From Candidatus Woesearchaeota archaeon (GTDB lineage: Archaea; Nanobdellota; Nanobdellia; Woesearchaeales; GW2011-AR15): a stretch of 64,000 nucleotides of DNA. The stretch covers positions 916-64,915 of the forward strand of contig JAFGRO010000021.1 in the NCBI GenBank assembly GCA_016935095.1, given 5' to 3'. The notes below the pieces were generated by a model that made no database searches, had not been told where the DNA came from, and saw nothing but the letters and a program-made list of their open reading frames with translations. Position 1 is the first letter of the stretch. Every line of letters begins with the position of its first letter. Positions 9,672 through 20,311 of this stretch are shown in pieces. Position numbers and translations under genes: made by a program.

Positions 9672-12600
9672 TCATGCAAGTTTATCAATATACAATGTTC
9701 TCCTTCCAGAAACTGATTTGGTTTTTTTAATTATATATTTGTTAGTTCTTTCAATTTCTATAGGCTGATCAACCAGGATATCAATATCATCATATTTCAG
9801 GATTATATTTAAAAAATATTTTTTGGCAGAGGTGTATCCGAAACTCGGGTTTATTGATTCCAGGAAATCCTTTTTATTAAGGTATTTCTGCTTTTGGTTT
9901 AAATTTGCATTTGCCCTGGTTGAAAATATAAAGAGATTTTCATTGAAATTTGAACTAAGATTAATCTTAGAAGGATCTATCTGCGCATTTTCATCTTCAG
10001 AAGCTAAACCAAAATAACCATTTTCATCTTTATAGTAAACAAGCCGTGTAGATGCTGTGGGAACAATCGGTTCATCCGGATTATACACAATATCCAATGA
10101 AAGAGGTTTTAAATCAAGGTTTAGATCATTGCTCATATTGGAATTCACGTAGATTTGTACAATATAATCACCTTCAAAAGAAGGCGATATAAAAGAGATA
10201 TCATACTGGCCATAACCTGTTTCAAAAACACTAAAATCTATTTCCTCATCATTTAACTTGACCTGGAACGAATCAGGATAAATCCCGCCTAAAAATCTAT
10301 TCAATGAATCTGAAACAGTTAATGTAAAAAACACAAACTGGTCCTGATATATTTCTAATGTATCCGGAATATCAACATTCTCTACCAGATAATCCGGCTG
10401 TACATCCAGTGTTATTGAAAAAGAATCATCAAAATTGCCGTACGGGTCTGTACAATTAATGTAAATAACCTGAGAGCCAGCACCTGCCAATTTGACTTTT
10501 GCTTCATGATAAGTGGAATTGGTATATGCAAATTTCCTATCCATCCCTTCATGATTGTAATAACATGTAGCTTTTTCATTGGTACTTATCCAGATTATCG
10601 GCTCCTGAGTTATGATAATGCCTCCTAAAGAAGTATTTATTTCAGGAGGGTCAAAATCAGTTATGATCTCCTCCTGGTTAGACCATCTCCAGATCCCGGC
10701 CCCGTTCATTGCTCCGATTAATGCTATATAGGTATCTGAGCCAGCGCCAGTCACTGGATAAGATGTATCATTTACTCTTATGCTTCTATAAGGGGAACCA
10801 TCTTCGTAAGTCAGGTTTAACATATAGTCAGCTATACCAGACTCCTGATCATCTGAAGCACTCCATGTATATGTAATTGACTGTGATAAAGCATCAAAAT
10901 ATTCTGAAATAATTTCAGGTCTTGATGGGAGGGTATTATCAATATGGACAAAATAAGAATCATAATTATTCCTCCAGTTCCCTGCTTTATCTCTTGATTT
11001 TACATTAAAATAATAGGCTCCTGAAGGAATGCCTGAAAAGGTATGGTTAATTTCATTCTGGAAATTTCCTATTGTGCCCTCCGGGACATCATCAGGGAGT
11101 TTATCAGATTTACTTAAAATATAGCTGTAAGCCCCTATACGTGAATCCGCGTCATCTGACACCCATGTAAACTGTACTGTCCTTGTATTAAACCAGTCAT
11201 CTTCATTAAGGAATTTATAAGTATCTGTTGCCAGGTCATAAAACAGATAATCCACAATAGATATATAATATGGAGGAACAAGATCTATTATTATTTTTTC
11301 TGAAGTGGAGGTGTTTTTTAATCCTGCAGAATTAACTGCACTTACTTCTGCTGTCACTTCTTCTCCATGGGCTAAATTTAATCCGGAAAAAACATACTCT
11401 GTTTCAAAAGTAGAGGTATTTCCCAGCTCAACATTATTATGATCAAATATAAAAACTTCATAGATTATAGGAATGCCGAGAATTTCGACAGATTCATAAT
11501 CATAAGCAGGCTCCCATTTAATTTTTATTGATTCATTGTTGTTTGTATATCCTCCAACTGTTATTAAAGGTGCACTTGGCGGGCTTGTGTCTAAGCCGGC
11601 TCCGGATGAATTATAGTAAATTGAATCATTCATCACTACCTGGCTCCCGGTAGAATAATTTATCTGGACATATACTGTCTTGCTGCCTGCATTCTCACTC
11701 AACTGCCAGTATCTTTCATGGTTGCAGTTTTCCCAATCCAGCCAGCTATCCAAATCATCGCCTGGCCTGACAGAGGGATTGTCAAAATTTATGTATCTGC
11801 AGGTTTCTGTTCCCGGAAGATATATTAATTCCAGATATACTGTCCTCACTGAAGTAAATTCAGGGTTTGTTTCCTCAAATCCTGTAAGACCCATATTGTG
11901 AATTGTCAGTATTTCAGCATCTATCTCTCCGGGGTCTCCCCATTTCCATGCGGTTCCGTTGTTATAACATATATAATTCAGCAATTCATCTGCATTTGTT
12001 ATTAAATTATGAACATACTTGAACTCATTAGTGCTGTTGCATTTAACTGTCTGGATATCACAGCAACCTCCATTAGTGCAGCTTGGTATACAAGTGCCGC
12101 CTGAAACCTCTGACTCTGTCAGGATGCCGTCCTCTTTATCTGTATCGTCATAATTATCACAGTCCACGGTCTGGCATGCATTGTTACAGCATTCATCTGA
12201 ATTTAAATCTTCATCACCTTTAAACCTGCCATTGCAAAAAGCAGAGCCTGTACAATCTGCTCCGTAAGCTGTTCCCCTGCAGATATTATCTCCCATCTCC
12301 TGGGCAGTACATGATGCTGAACACTCATCTCCAAAATAGGCTTCACTTGCAAGATTACATTGTTCTATATCATAACCAGAGGGATGGCCATCACACTGGG
12401 ATATTACTCCTGAATCACATGAAGCTTCGCAAAGGTTATCTCCATTTGTACAAACAAGGGAAGTTCCTGAGCATTGCAAGGCTCTCCTGAACTGACTTGA
12501 ACAGCACGGCTCACCGTATGTGTTGCATGTACCGTCTATACATGCTATTCCTGAAACGGATGTACAACTGCAGCTGCCTCCGTTTATATTGCACTGGGAA

Positions 12601-13928
12601 CCGCAGCAAAAACCAGATGAGCAGGAAGTTCCCTGGGTACATTCATCATCAGCGCAATCTACATATGTATCTCCATCATCATCTACTCCATTATTACATA
12701 TTTCACTGCAAAAAGCAGTACAGTCTGCGTCATTACAGTCTGATTGGCCGTCACAGTCATTATCAATGCTGTCATCACAACTGGTTTCTGTCGGATATTC
12801 ATTCATACAATTATTTGCTGAATCAACACAATTATATCCTGAACCGCAACACGCTCCTGTACCTCCTGAACCCTGTTGCGTAGCTTCCCAGTGGTCTTCT
12901 CCAGAATCATCTCCGCAGCATTTTCCTGCTGAAGAGTCCCAGCAGCCAACTTCACCATCATTACAGGAACCCTGAGTCCCGGAAACGCCGCATTCGCATA
13001 TTGCTGAATAAGTATCAGCATCTGTCCTGTATGTCCCGTCTACACATGCTGAATAGCTTATGCCGTCGCACCAGTCATCAGAAGAACCGTCATCCCCGCA
13101 GCATTCTGACTGAGAGGAGTCCCAGCAGCCTGTTTCAGCATTGCCGCATGTTCCCTGCACACCGGATACACCGCATTCGCATACTGCTGCATAAGTATCT
13201 GCATCAGTACTATATGTCCCGTCTACACAGGCTGCATAGCTTATGCCGTCACACCAGTCATCAGAAGAACCGTCATCCCCGCAGCATTCCGCCTGAGAAG
13301 AGTCCCAGCAGCCTGTCTCAGCATTACCGCATGTACTTTGAGTTCCTGTCACTAAACATTCACATGCGCTTGAATAAGTATCCGGGTCTCTTCCACTACC
13401 TGAGCGGTCACAATCGCCTGTACCATCGCAATATCCCTGAGTTTCATAACCATAACCCACACCATATGCATTATTTGTATTTTCATTTGAGGTACATAAC
13501 CATATTGAGTTACATGGGCCTGTACCTGCAACTGATGGATCACACTGGCCAGAAGGAAGTGAACATTCTTGACATGTAGCACAGGGAATGCTTGGTGAGC
13601 ACTCACAATAATATAAATTAGAATTATCTCTATCAGCGTATGTTGTACCTGTATGAGTATGTGTAGCATCATTTGTATTGCTGCCCTGCACCCAGTTAAC
13701 ACTGTCATCTGTCCATGTATATCCCTGATACCAGCCTATTTTCTGGCAGTTAATTGTCCAGACACAGTTACAGGCATCAGGATCTGGCTGAGTAAAATCC
13801 ACAGAAACAGAACATTGTTTCACATTTATTCCATCAGGGTCTTCTACACCGCAATAAAATACTGCACCTTCAACAATTAATAAAACAGAAGTCAATAATA
13901 TAATTATTAAAAAAACTCTTAATTTCAT
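9672..13928 (-). CDS. Large secreted Cys/Asp-rich repeat surface protein (putative adhesin) with FN3/Ig-like C-terminal domains
   Basis: Signal peptide, Cys-rich N-half, EICNNGVDDDGDTYVDC-type Ca-binding motifs, and DTSPPSAP...W...D.ES / D.AGN patterns typical of FN3-like domains. First gene of the co-directional pilus run. Confidence 0.75.
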   Translation of the reverse strand: MKLRVFLIIILLTSVLLIVEGAVFYCGVEDPDGINVKQCSVSVDFTQPDPDACNCVWTINCQKIGWYQGYTWTDDSVNWVQGSNTNDATHTHTGTTYADRDNSNLYYCECSPSIPCATCQECSLPSGQCDPSVAGTGPCNSIWLCTSNENTNNAYGVGYGYETQGYCDGTGDCDRSGSGRDPDTYSSACECLVTGTQSTCGNAETGCWDSSQAECCGDDGSSDDWCDGISYAACVDGTYSTDADTYAAVCECGVSGVQGTCGNAETGCWDSSQSECCGDDGSSDDWCDGISYSACVDGTYRTDADTYSAICECGVSGTQGSCNDGEVGCWDSSAGKCCGDDSGEDHWEATQQGSGGTGACCGSGYNCVDSANNCMNEYPTETSCDDSIDNDCDGQSDCNDADCTAFCSEICNNGVDDDGDTYVDCADDECTQGTSCSSGFCCGSQCNINGGSCSCTSVSGIACIDGTCNTYGEPCCSSQFRRALQCSGTSLVCTNGDNLCEASCDSGVISQCDGHPSGYDIEQCNLASEAYFGDECSASCTAQEMGDNICRGTAYGADCTGSAFCNGRFKGDEDLNSDECCNNACQTVDCDNYDDTDKEDGILTESEVSGGTCIPSCTNGGCCDIQTVKCNSTNEFKYVHNLITNADELLNYICYNNGTAWKWGDPGEIDAEILTIHNMGLTGFEETNPEFTSVRTVYLELIYLPGTETCRYINFDNPSVRPGDDLDSWLDWENCNHERYWQLSENAGSKTVYVQINYSTGSQVVMNDSIYYNSSGAGLDTSPPSAPLITVGGYTNNNESIKIKWEPAYDYESVEILGIPIIYEVFIFDHNNVELGNTSTFETEYVFSGLNLAHGEEVTAEVSAVNSAGLKNTSTSEKIIIDLVPPYYISIVDYLFYDLATDTYKFLNEDDWFNTRTVQFTWVSDDADSRIGAYSYILSKSDKLPDDVPEGTIGNFQNEINHTFSGIPSGAYYFNVKSRDKAGNWRNNYDSYFVHIDNTLPSRPEIISEYFDALSQSITYTWSASDDQESGIADYMLNLTYEDGSPYRSIRVNDTSYPVTGAGSDTYIALIGAMNGAGIWRWSNQEEIITDFDPPEINTSLGGIIITQEPIIWISTNEKATCYYNHEGMDRKFAYTNSTYHEAKVKLAGAGSQVIYINCTDPYGNFDDSFSITLDVQPDYLVENVDIPDTLEIYQDQFVFFTLTVSDSLNRFLGGIYPDSFQVKLNDEEIDFSVFETGYGQYDISFISPSFEGDYIVQIYVNSNMSNDLNLDLKPLSLDIVYNPDEPIVPTASTRLVYYKDENGYFGLASEDENAQIDPSKINLSSNFNENLFIFSTRANANLNQKQKYLNKKDFLESINPSFGYTSAKKYFLNIILKYDDIDILVDQPIEIERTNKYIIKKTKSVSGRRTLYIDKLA
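12905..13390 (-). repeat. Intragenic tandem repeat, 183-nt (61-aa) period, about 2.7 copies
   Basis: ccgcagcatt recurs at 12913, 13096 and 13279; the unit encodes CEC.V.G.Q..CGNAETGCWDSSQ.ECCGDDGSSDDWCDGISY.ACVDGTY.TDADTY. Ends approximate. Confidence 0.9.
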
Positions 13929-14069
13929 AATGGTCCTCTTTTTTAAATTAATTTATTCTTTGGAATTTATTCTTTTTAAACTTTTCTTATAATCATTTAA
14001 ATTAAATCTGAATTATTTAAATCTTATTATGCAAAAATTAAATAAACTAAAATGCATTCAATTTAAATA

Positions 14070-15515
14070 ATGAGAATCCAATTTATCAATCCGCTTCTTG
14101 GAGGGGATTACAGTGCTTTAGACATTGCAATAACCTCTCTTGCAACGTATTTAAATGAAAGAACAAAGCACAGGGCAACAATCCTTGATTTTACATTTCA
14201 CAGGAGACACTGGAAAAAACACCTTCATAAATGGGTCAGGCAAGATAAACCACATGTAATAGGCATGTCCTCCAACACAATGTACATGCAGTATATAAAG
14301 ACCATTGCCAAAGAAATCAAAAAACATTACAGGATTCCGATAATCCTTGGAGGATACCATGCATCTCAATATCCGGATGAGACACTCAATATTAAGGAGA
14401 TTGATGCTGTCTGTATTGGCGACGGCGAGTATGCTTTAACAGAATATTTAAGTAAATCAGAGCAGAAAAAACCCCTAAAGGGCATTAAAGGCATATGGGC
14501 TAAAAACAAAAACAGAATCATTAAAAACCAGGGAGGATGCTTTATCAAAGAAATCAATGAGCTGCCAATTCCAAATTGGGATTTATGGAAAGACCTTGAC
14601 AAATATTTATATTATCTAGGGATGATTTATTTTATCGGCACCAGAGGATGCATTTACAAATGCAGCAACTGCGATGCAATCGGAATAAAAAATTCTGTCG
14701 AAGGCTCATATTACCGGATCAGGGATCCTGTTGATTATGCCCATGAAATAAAGCATCAATACGAAAAATATAAGAACAGGGGATTAAGATTAGCACAGTT
14801 ATTTGACCAGATTCCTACTATTGATTACAACTGGCTTAGAAAATTCTGTGATGAATACATCAAACTTAAGATGAATAAAAAATTAAAATACAGCATGTTT
14901 TCAAGAATTGACCATTTAAATGAAGAAAAGTTAAGAATTCTCGGTAAATCAGGCTGTGCATTGCTCAGGGCAGGCATTGAAACCGGAGATGAGTCTCTCA
15001 GAAAAAAAATTTTTAAGAAAAATATTTCAAATGCAAAAATAAAAAAGATTTTCAGGATTGCAAAGAGATACAATGTTGGATTTACAGCATTCTATATTCT
15101 CGGAAATCCAGGAGACAATAAAAAGACTATAAATAAAACTATAAAATTTGCACAAAGATTAGATGCAAACAGGAGCGCATTCTTTGTTTACAAGCCGTTT
15201 ACAAAAGAAAGTATTGAGCAGATCATTATGCATGGAGGTGAAATTGACAAGAAAAGATGGGAAAAAGCAGATAATATAATATATAAATCTGTTATAAAAT
15301 TAAAAGGTTTATCGCCAAGAGAGATTGAATTTTTACAGAAAAAAGCATATTTTGTAACGTTTGGAAAACGTTTAATTAAAATGATCAAAACACAAAAGAT
15401 AAAGTATTTTACCAGATTATTTAATTATGTAATTAAAGGACTTAAAGACGGATTAGATCCTGCTTATCTTCTGCCTTATTATCATATCTACGGATATGAC
15501 AACATTGACAATTAA
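14070..15515 (+). CDS. Cobalamin-binding radical SAM protein
   Basis: N-terminal B12-binding domain (ILGGYHAS, IGDGE); GTRGCIYKCSNC; GIETG. Confidence 0.9.
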   Translation: MRIQFINPLLGGDYSALDIAITSLATYLNERTKHRATILDFTFHRRHWKKHLHKWVRQDKPHVIGMSSNTMYMQYIKTIAKEIKKHYRIPIILGGYHASQYPDETLNIKEIDAVCIGDGEYALTEYLSKSEQKKPLKGIKGIWAKNKNRIIKNQGGCFIKEINELPIPNWDLWKDLDKYLYYLGMIYFIGTRGCIYKCSNCDAIGIKNSVEGSYYRIRDPVDYAHEIKHQYEKYKNRGLRLAQLFDQIPTIDYNWLRKFCDEYIKLKMNKKLKYSMFSRIDHLNEEKLRILGKSGCALLRAGIETGDESLRKKIFKKNISNAKIKKIFRIAKRYNVGFTAFYILGNPGDNKKTINKTIKFAQRLDANRSAFFVYKPFTKESIEQIIMHGGEIDKKRWEKADNIIYKSVIKLKGLSPREIEFLQKKAYFVTFGKRLIKMIKTQKIKYFTRLFNYVIKGLKDGLDPAYLLPYYHIYGYDNIDN

Positions 15516-15528
15516 ACATTGCAAAAAA

Positions 15529-16989
15529 CTATGAAAGTTTCTCTTTTACATTAACAAAAATTTTTTTCAAGACCGGCTCAAACATAAATGCAAAATTATT
15601 TCTGCTGAACCTGTATCTTGCAATCGGCTTATAAAGTTTTGCAAATGACTGGACAAAGGGATTATCAATCTCTTCATGTTTTTTATCAAGAAATAAAGAA
15701 AGAAAATTAAGTGCCTTAATCCTGCTCTGCATTGACTGTGAAAGCCAGGGATAATCAATTTTATCCATTGAATAATTGCCCCATTCTTCAAGTGAATCTG
15801 GAGGAACCAGGCCATGCTCTACAGAAAGGTCAAACAATTCATTGCCTGGAAGAGGCCTGTAGCAATGAAGGATTGATGTTTTTGCATTTTTGTTTTCTTT
15901 TAACAGTTTCATTATAAGTGATGTTGTCTGTTTCAGTTCTCTCTCATTTTCTGTCGGGAATCCGGCCATAAAGGAATATACAGGAGAAACATTTATCCTT
16001 GATATTTTTTTCCCGGCATCAATTACCTGTCTTACTGTAATCCCCTTTTTTATGAGTTTTAAAATCCTGTCTGAACCTGATTCAACACCCAAAGCAAATC
16101 TTTTCATGTTGCTTTTTTCCAATAGATTAAGATATGAACTGTCCATTTTCATTATATCTGTAATCCTGCCGCAGGTATTCCAGAAAATATCCATTTTCTC
16201 TTTGACAATCTGCCCGCAAATATTTCTCATCCTGCCTAAATCCACAAAAGAGTTCAGGTCCTGGAATTCAATTCCGTCAATATTAAATTTGTCTTTTATA
16301 CGGCTCATTGCACTGATTGTATTTTCAGGGCTTAATGCACGCCATTTCTCCTGATGCGGTGTATATTGTGCACAGCAGAAACTGCAGTTGTAAGGACATC
16401 CCCTGCTTGACTCCATAATGAACATCCGCTTTTTATTATATCTAAGTATATAATTTTTAATATCCACAAGATGATAGGGCAGCTCAGGCAAAGAATTCAT
16501 ATCAACTGTTTTCCCGGGCGGGTTGATTTTCAGCTTTTTTTTTGATTTATAGCCAATGCCCTTCAGTTTTCTGAGTGACCTTTTCTTTTCAAGAGATTTG
16601 ATTAATTCATAGAATGATATCTCTCCCTCACCGATTATAACATAATCTATATTAGGATTCCGCAAAGTCTGTCCAGGCAAAATACTTGGATGAATCCCTC
16701 CCCAGACAACTGGAATTTCTGAATGGTGTTTAACAAATCTGGAAATTTCCAAGGCATATTTTATCTGCTCACCTGTCAAAGAAGTCAGACCTATGCAAAT
16801 CGGGTTTTGATTTATTTCCCTGAGCAATTTTTTTTGCCAGAATTTTTCAGTTCTCTGATCTATTATCTTAACAGAATATTCCTTCTCAACATATACTGCG
16901 CAATTAAGCAAAGATAAGGGTAAATAATAGTGCTCCATTGCTTTTTCCAAAAAACTTGATTTTGGAAATATTAACACAACATCTGACAT
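15529..16989 (-). CDS. Cobalamin-binding radical SAM protein
   Basis: WGGIHPS, IGEGE, SSRGCPYNCSFC, GVESGS, GFPTE. Confidence 0.92.
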   Translation of the reverse strand: MSDVVLIFPKSSFLEKAMEHYYLPLSLLNCAVYVEKEYSVKIIDQRTEKFWQKKLLREINQNPICIGLTSLTGEQIKYALEISRFVKHHSEIPVVWGGIHPSILPGQTLRNPNIDYVIIGEGEISFYELIKSLEKKRSLRKLKGIGYKSKKKLKINPPGKTVDMNSLPELPYHLVDIKNYILRYNKKRMFIMESSRGCPYNCSFCCAQYTPHQEKWRALSPENTISAMSRIKDKFNIDGIEFQDLNSFVDLGRMRNICGQIVKEKMDIFWNTCGRITDIMKMDSSYLNLLEKSNMKRFALGVESGSDRILKLIKKGITVRQVIDAGKKISRINVSPVYSFMAGFPTENERELKQTTSLIMKLLKENKNAKTSILHCYRPLPGNELFDLSVEHGLVPPDSLEEWGNYSMDKIDYPWLSQSMQSRIKALNFLSLFLDKKHEEIDNPFVQSFAKLYKPIARYRFSRNNFAFMFEPVLKKIFVNVKEKLS

Positions 16990-17013
16990 TTTGCATTTGA
17001 TAATTAATTTTAA

Positions 17014-17057
17014 TATGTATTAAATAATTATGTATTAAATAATTATGTATTAATAAT
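17014..17057. repeat. Intergenic 15-nt tandem repeat x3 (tatgtattaaataat)
   Basis: Two exact copies (17014, 17029) and one copy with a 1-nt deletion (17044). Confidence 0.85.
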
Positions 17058-17062
17058 TCAAA

Positions 17063-18430
17063 TCAAAATCTCTTTAATTTTAATAAAGCTTTCTTAATTG
17101 ATGATATCTCTTTGAGTGTTTTGATGATTCTTCTCGGGTGCAGATAAAATCTTAGATATGCTGATTTTTTATAATAATCAAGTTTCCATCTTTTGAGTTC
17201 AGAAAAATTCTTTTTAGATACATTATAATAATCATAATACTGAAAGTCTTCTAAATCAGGCTCGTTTTTAATTATTTCATTATACAGGTAAGCTCCAGGC
17301 AAAAGGGTTGTTATTGAAAAAGTTGCAGAATCCAGTTTGGAATTTACTGCAAAGTTTATTGTATTTTTTATTTCATTTTCTGTTTCTCCCGGTGCTCCGA
17401 TCATAAAATAGCCAAAAGCATAGAGATTAAATTTTTTTATTAGCCTGATTGCATTGAATATTTGCTGGTTTGAGACATTTTTTTTAAATAAATCATTCCT
17501 GATTTTCGGTGAGATTGATTCTATTCCTACTCTTACCTCTTTTAATCCTGATTTTTTCATCCAGAAGAGCATTTCCTTGTCTAAAGTGTCTGCTCTTGAA
17601 TTGCATGACCAACAGAACCTTAATCCTGACTTAATAAGAGCCTTACAAAAATCAATCATCCATTTTTTTGAAACTGTCGATGTATCGTCCTGAAGATGAA
17701 ATGCATTAATCCCGTATCTTTTTTTTAATAATCTCAATTCACTAATTATACTATCAGGATTTCGTTTTCTTAGTTTTTTTCCAAAAAGTTTTTGTAAAGT
17801 CGGCTGGCAATAGCTGCAATTGAACAAACATCCTCTTGAACCGATAATTGAAGTTCCCCTTATTTCATTTAAATAGGAAAAATGATACCAGTTCTTGATA
17901 TATTTCCCAAAATCCAGTAAATCAAGCGCCGGAAAAGGCAGTTCATCCAGGTTCTCTATTGGTTTCCTGAAATTGTTTTTTATTATTTTATCATCTTTTT
18001 TAAACCATAATCCCTTAATTTTTTCAAAATTTTTATTTCCGTAAAATTCATGGATATATTCGGTAAAAGTGATTTCGCCCTCCCCTAAAATGACCGCATC
18101 AACATTATTGTCATTAATCACAGTTTCAGGCAACAGAGTAGGGTGAGGACCCCCTATGACAACATTTGAATTGGATCTTTTTGCAATAGAAGCAGTTTTA
18201 AGGGCATCGACATACATCATTGTGTCCATGTAAATCCCGACAATATCAGGCCTTGCCTTTTTTAGCTTTGACTCTAGATATTCAAAAGAAGGATTAAAAG
18301 TTGTATCTATAAAATGCAATTCAATATCTTTAATATTATTCCTGAGAAAAGAGGCAATATAAAGAATGCCTAAAGGAGGATCTCCCGAGGGATATCTCAT
18401 CCTGGGGAAAATCAGGCAAATTTTTTTCAT
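17063..18430 (-). CDS. Cobalamin-binding radical SAM protein
   Basis: PPLGILYIAS, GGPHPT, GEGE, SRGCLFNCSYC, GIES, GAPGET. Confidence 0.92.
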   Translation of the reverse strand: MKKICLIFPRMRYPSGDPPLGILYIASFLRNNIKDIELHFIDTTFNPSFEYLESKLKKARPDIVGIYMDTMMYVDALKTASIAKRSNSNVVIGGPHPTLLPETVINDNNVDAVILGEGEITFTEYIHEFYGNKNFEKIKGLWFKKDDKIIKNNFRKPIENLDELPFPALDLLDFGKYIKNWYHFSYLNEIRGTSIIGSRGCLFNCSYCQPTLQKLFGKKLRKRNPDSIISELRLLKKRYGINAFHLQDDTSTVSKKWMIDFCKALIKSGLRFCWSCNSRADTLDKEMLFWMKKSGLKEVRVGIESISPKIRNDLFKKNVSNQQIFNAIRLIKKFNLYAFGYFMIGAPGETENEIKNTINFAVNSKLDSATFSITTLLPGAYLYNEIIKNEPDLEDFQYYDYYNVSKKNFSELKRWKLDYYKKSAYLRFYLHPRRIIKTLKEISSIKKALLKLKRF

Positions 18431-18500
18431 TAAGAAGAATGAATATATTACAAATTTATAAATTTATAATGCTTGTCCTGTATGCACTTTACTTATAACT

Positions 18501-20210
18501 CTATACCTTTTTTGGCTTAATTAAATAGATCGTGGCATTCATGTAGTAAATGGCAGAGAAATCACCATAAATACCTCTGTCTTTAAGAGAACATGCAGAT
18601 AAGGGCAGGTAAGTAAAATCATCAGACAAATCTGGGAATGTTGAATTTATTATATTATATTCTGGGAATCTTTTTAAAAATGAATATTCAACATAATAAA
18701 ACCCTTCTTTTAATGATGGAGGATAATAGTTGTTGTTATTGAATATATTATTCCAGGAAAAAACCATATCACTATTCACGACTCTTTGTATACGCGGCAA
18801 AAGGCTGGTCGTCGGCTTTTTTTCATAAGATGCCAGGGTCTTTTCAACACAGGAAAGTATATTGGGCATAAATACTGTTTCATACTTCGGAAAGTATAAT
18901 ATGGGTGAAAATGAAGAAGCGATGGACAACATAAGTAAAAATACCATAAGAGATATTTGTATGATGCCATGTTTTTTATCACTCAACATAGATGCAAACT
19001 TATTATATATTAAAGAAGGGAAAATGAATGCGAGTACAAGCCAGATGAGATGGACCCTTAGATTTGACCCATCAGCAGGCTTCCATAACATATAGAAACC
19101 AAAATAAAACAGGATAATCATAAGAAATAATATAATCTTGTCCCGATAAGTCCTAGCTTTAATTCCGAATATGACAGAAAAGAAAAATATAGAAAAAATA
19201 AGCAGTGGGTGGATGAACCATTCATGCATTAGCTGGCTTTGCATTAATCTTGCATTTATCATAAAAGCTATGGGTGTCCAGCAGCCCTCTTCAAAATTTG
19301 AGATTCTATTTTGCGCAAAAAGAGGGAATATAAATAAAAGGATAAGCAGAACCTGAATGGCAAAAAAGATAATATACTTTTTTGTTAAACCTTTTTTACA
19401 TATTAAATAGACAAACAAGAAAAAGCCAAAAACAATCATTTCCTGGCGTGTCATGAACAGTAAATTAAGAAATAAAAAAAAGATTATTAAATCAATCAAC
19501 CGATTATTTCTTAGGTAAATGAAAAAAAATATTAATGATATCAACATAAAAAAGACCTGGGTGTAATTTGAAAATATTGTCTGGCTGAATAAGAAATAGT
19601 CTTTAAAAAAGAGGAACAGAATAAGAGGCAATATAGATGCTTTGAATGATTTTGTTAAAACATATGCAAGAATTATTGTGAGAAATGGTATTGAAAATGC
19701 AACTAATTTATTTGCAATAAAAATGTTTAATATTGAAGACCCAAATGGAATGAGAAGATATGCATAAAATATAATAAAACCATAATAGGGGTAGCCGATA
19801 ATAGGATGAAATACCCCCTGATTTGAAACCAAATCATAGTCAGGATAGCCAAAATAGCTGTCCCGAAATGCGTTCTGAATAAATTCGCAAAAATCCAGAG
19901 AATCTGTCCATACCTGAAAAAAATAATTTTTTAAGATAATAAATAAATAGACATAATAAACAAGGCAGACAAAAAAAATGATTGATGTCAATTTATTTTT
20001 TCTGAGCAGCAATATAAGAGAAAGGTTTTTATTTCCTGAAATCTTTTTCTTCAGATACATGAAAAGCCTGTAAAACAACAGGATAAAACAAAAAATAAAA
20101 AGAATATTTACATAATAATAAAATATGACCCTTCCAAAAGGGTTCCTGTCAATATCCTTAATCGGAGAAATTAAGATCAATAAATCAATCAGGAATAAGG
20201 CAAGATTCAT
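18501..20210 (-). CDS. Polytopic membrane protein, possible GT-C-fold glycosyltransferase
   Basis: Many TM segments, acidic first loop (WTDSLDFCE), TRQE motif and a soluble C-terminal domain. Confidence 0.5.
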   Translation of the reverse strand: MNLALFLIDLLILISPIKDIDRNPFGRVIFYYYVNILFIFCFILLFYRLFMYLKKKISGNKNLSLILLLRKNKLTSIIFFVCLVYYVYLFIILKNYFFQVWTDSLDFCEFIQNAFRDSYFGYPDYDLVSNQGVFHPIIGYPYYGFIIFYAYLLIPFGSSILNIFIANKLVAFSIPFLTIILAYVLTKSFKASILPLILFLFFKDYFLFSQTIFSNYTQVFFMLISLIFFFIYLRNNRLIDLIIFFLFLNLLFMTRQEMIVFGFFLFVYLICKKGLTKKYIIFFAIQVLLILLFIFPLFAQNRISNFEEGCWTPIAFMINARLMQSQLMHEWFIHPLLIFSIFFFSVIFGIKARTYRDKIILFLMIILFYFGFYMLWKPADGSNLRVHLIWLVLAFIFPSLIYNKFASMLSDKKHGIIQISLMVFLLMLSIASSFSPILYFPKYETVFMPNILSCVEKTLASYEKKPTTSLLPRIQRVVNSDMVFSWNNIFNNNNYYPPSLKEGFYYVEYSFLKRFPEYNIINSTFPDLSDDFTYLPLSACSLKDRGIYGDFSAIYYMNATIYLIKPKKV

Positions 20211-20311
20211 TATATACAGGGTATTATATAAGATTTAAATAATTTATTAAAAGAATCAACCATATTAGAACATAGATATCTGACTTAGCTTCATGAACTA
20301 AAAAAAAAATA

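Noticed and set aside
12497-13880. Several plus-strand and alternate-frame ORFs (128-192 aa) with repeated motifs
   Set aside because: Antisense or out-of-frame shadows of the GC-richer Cys-rich repeat region of the 1418-aa gene.
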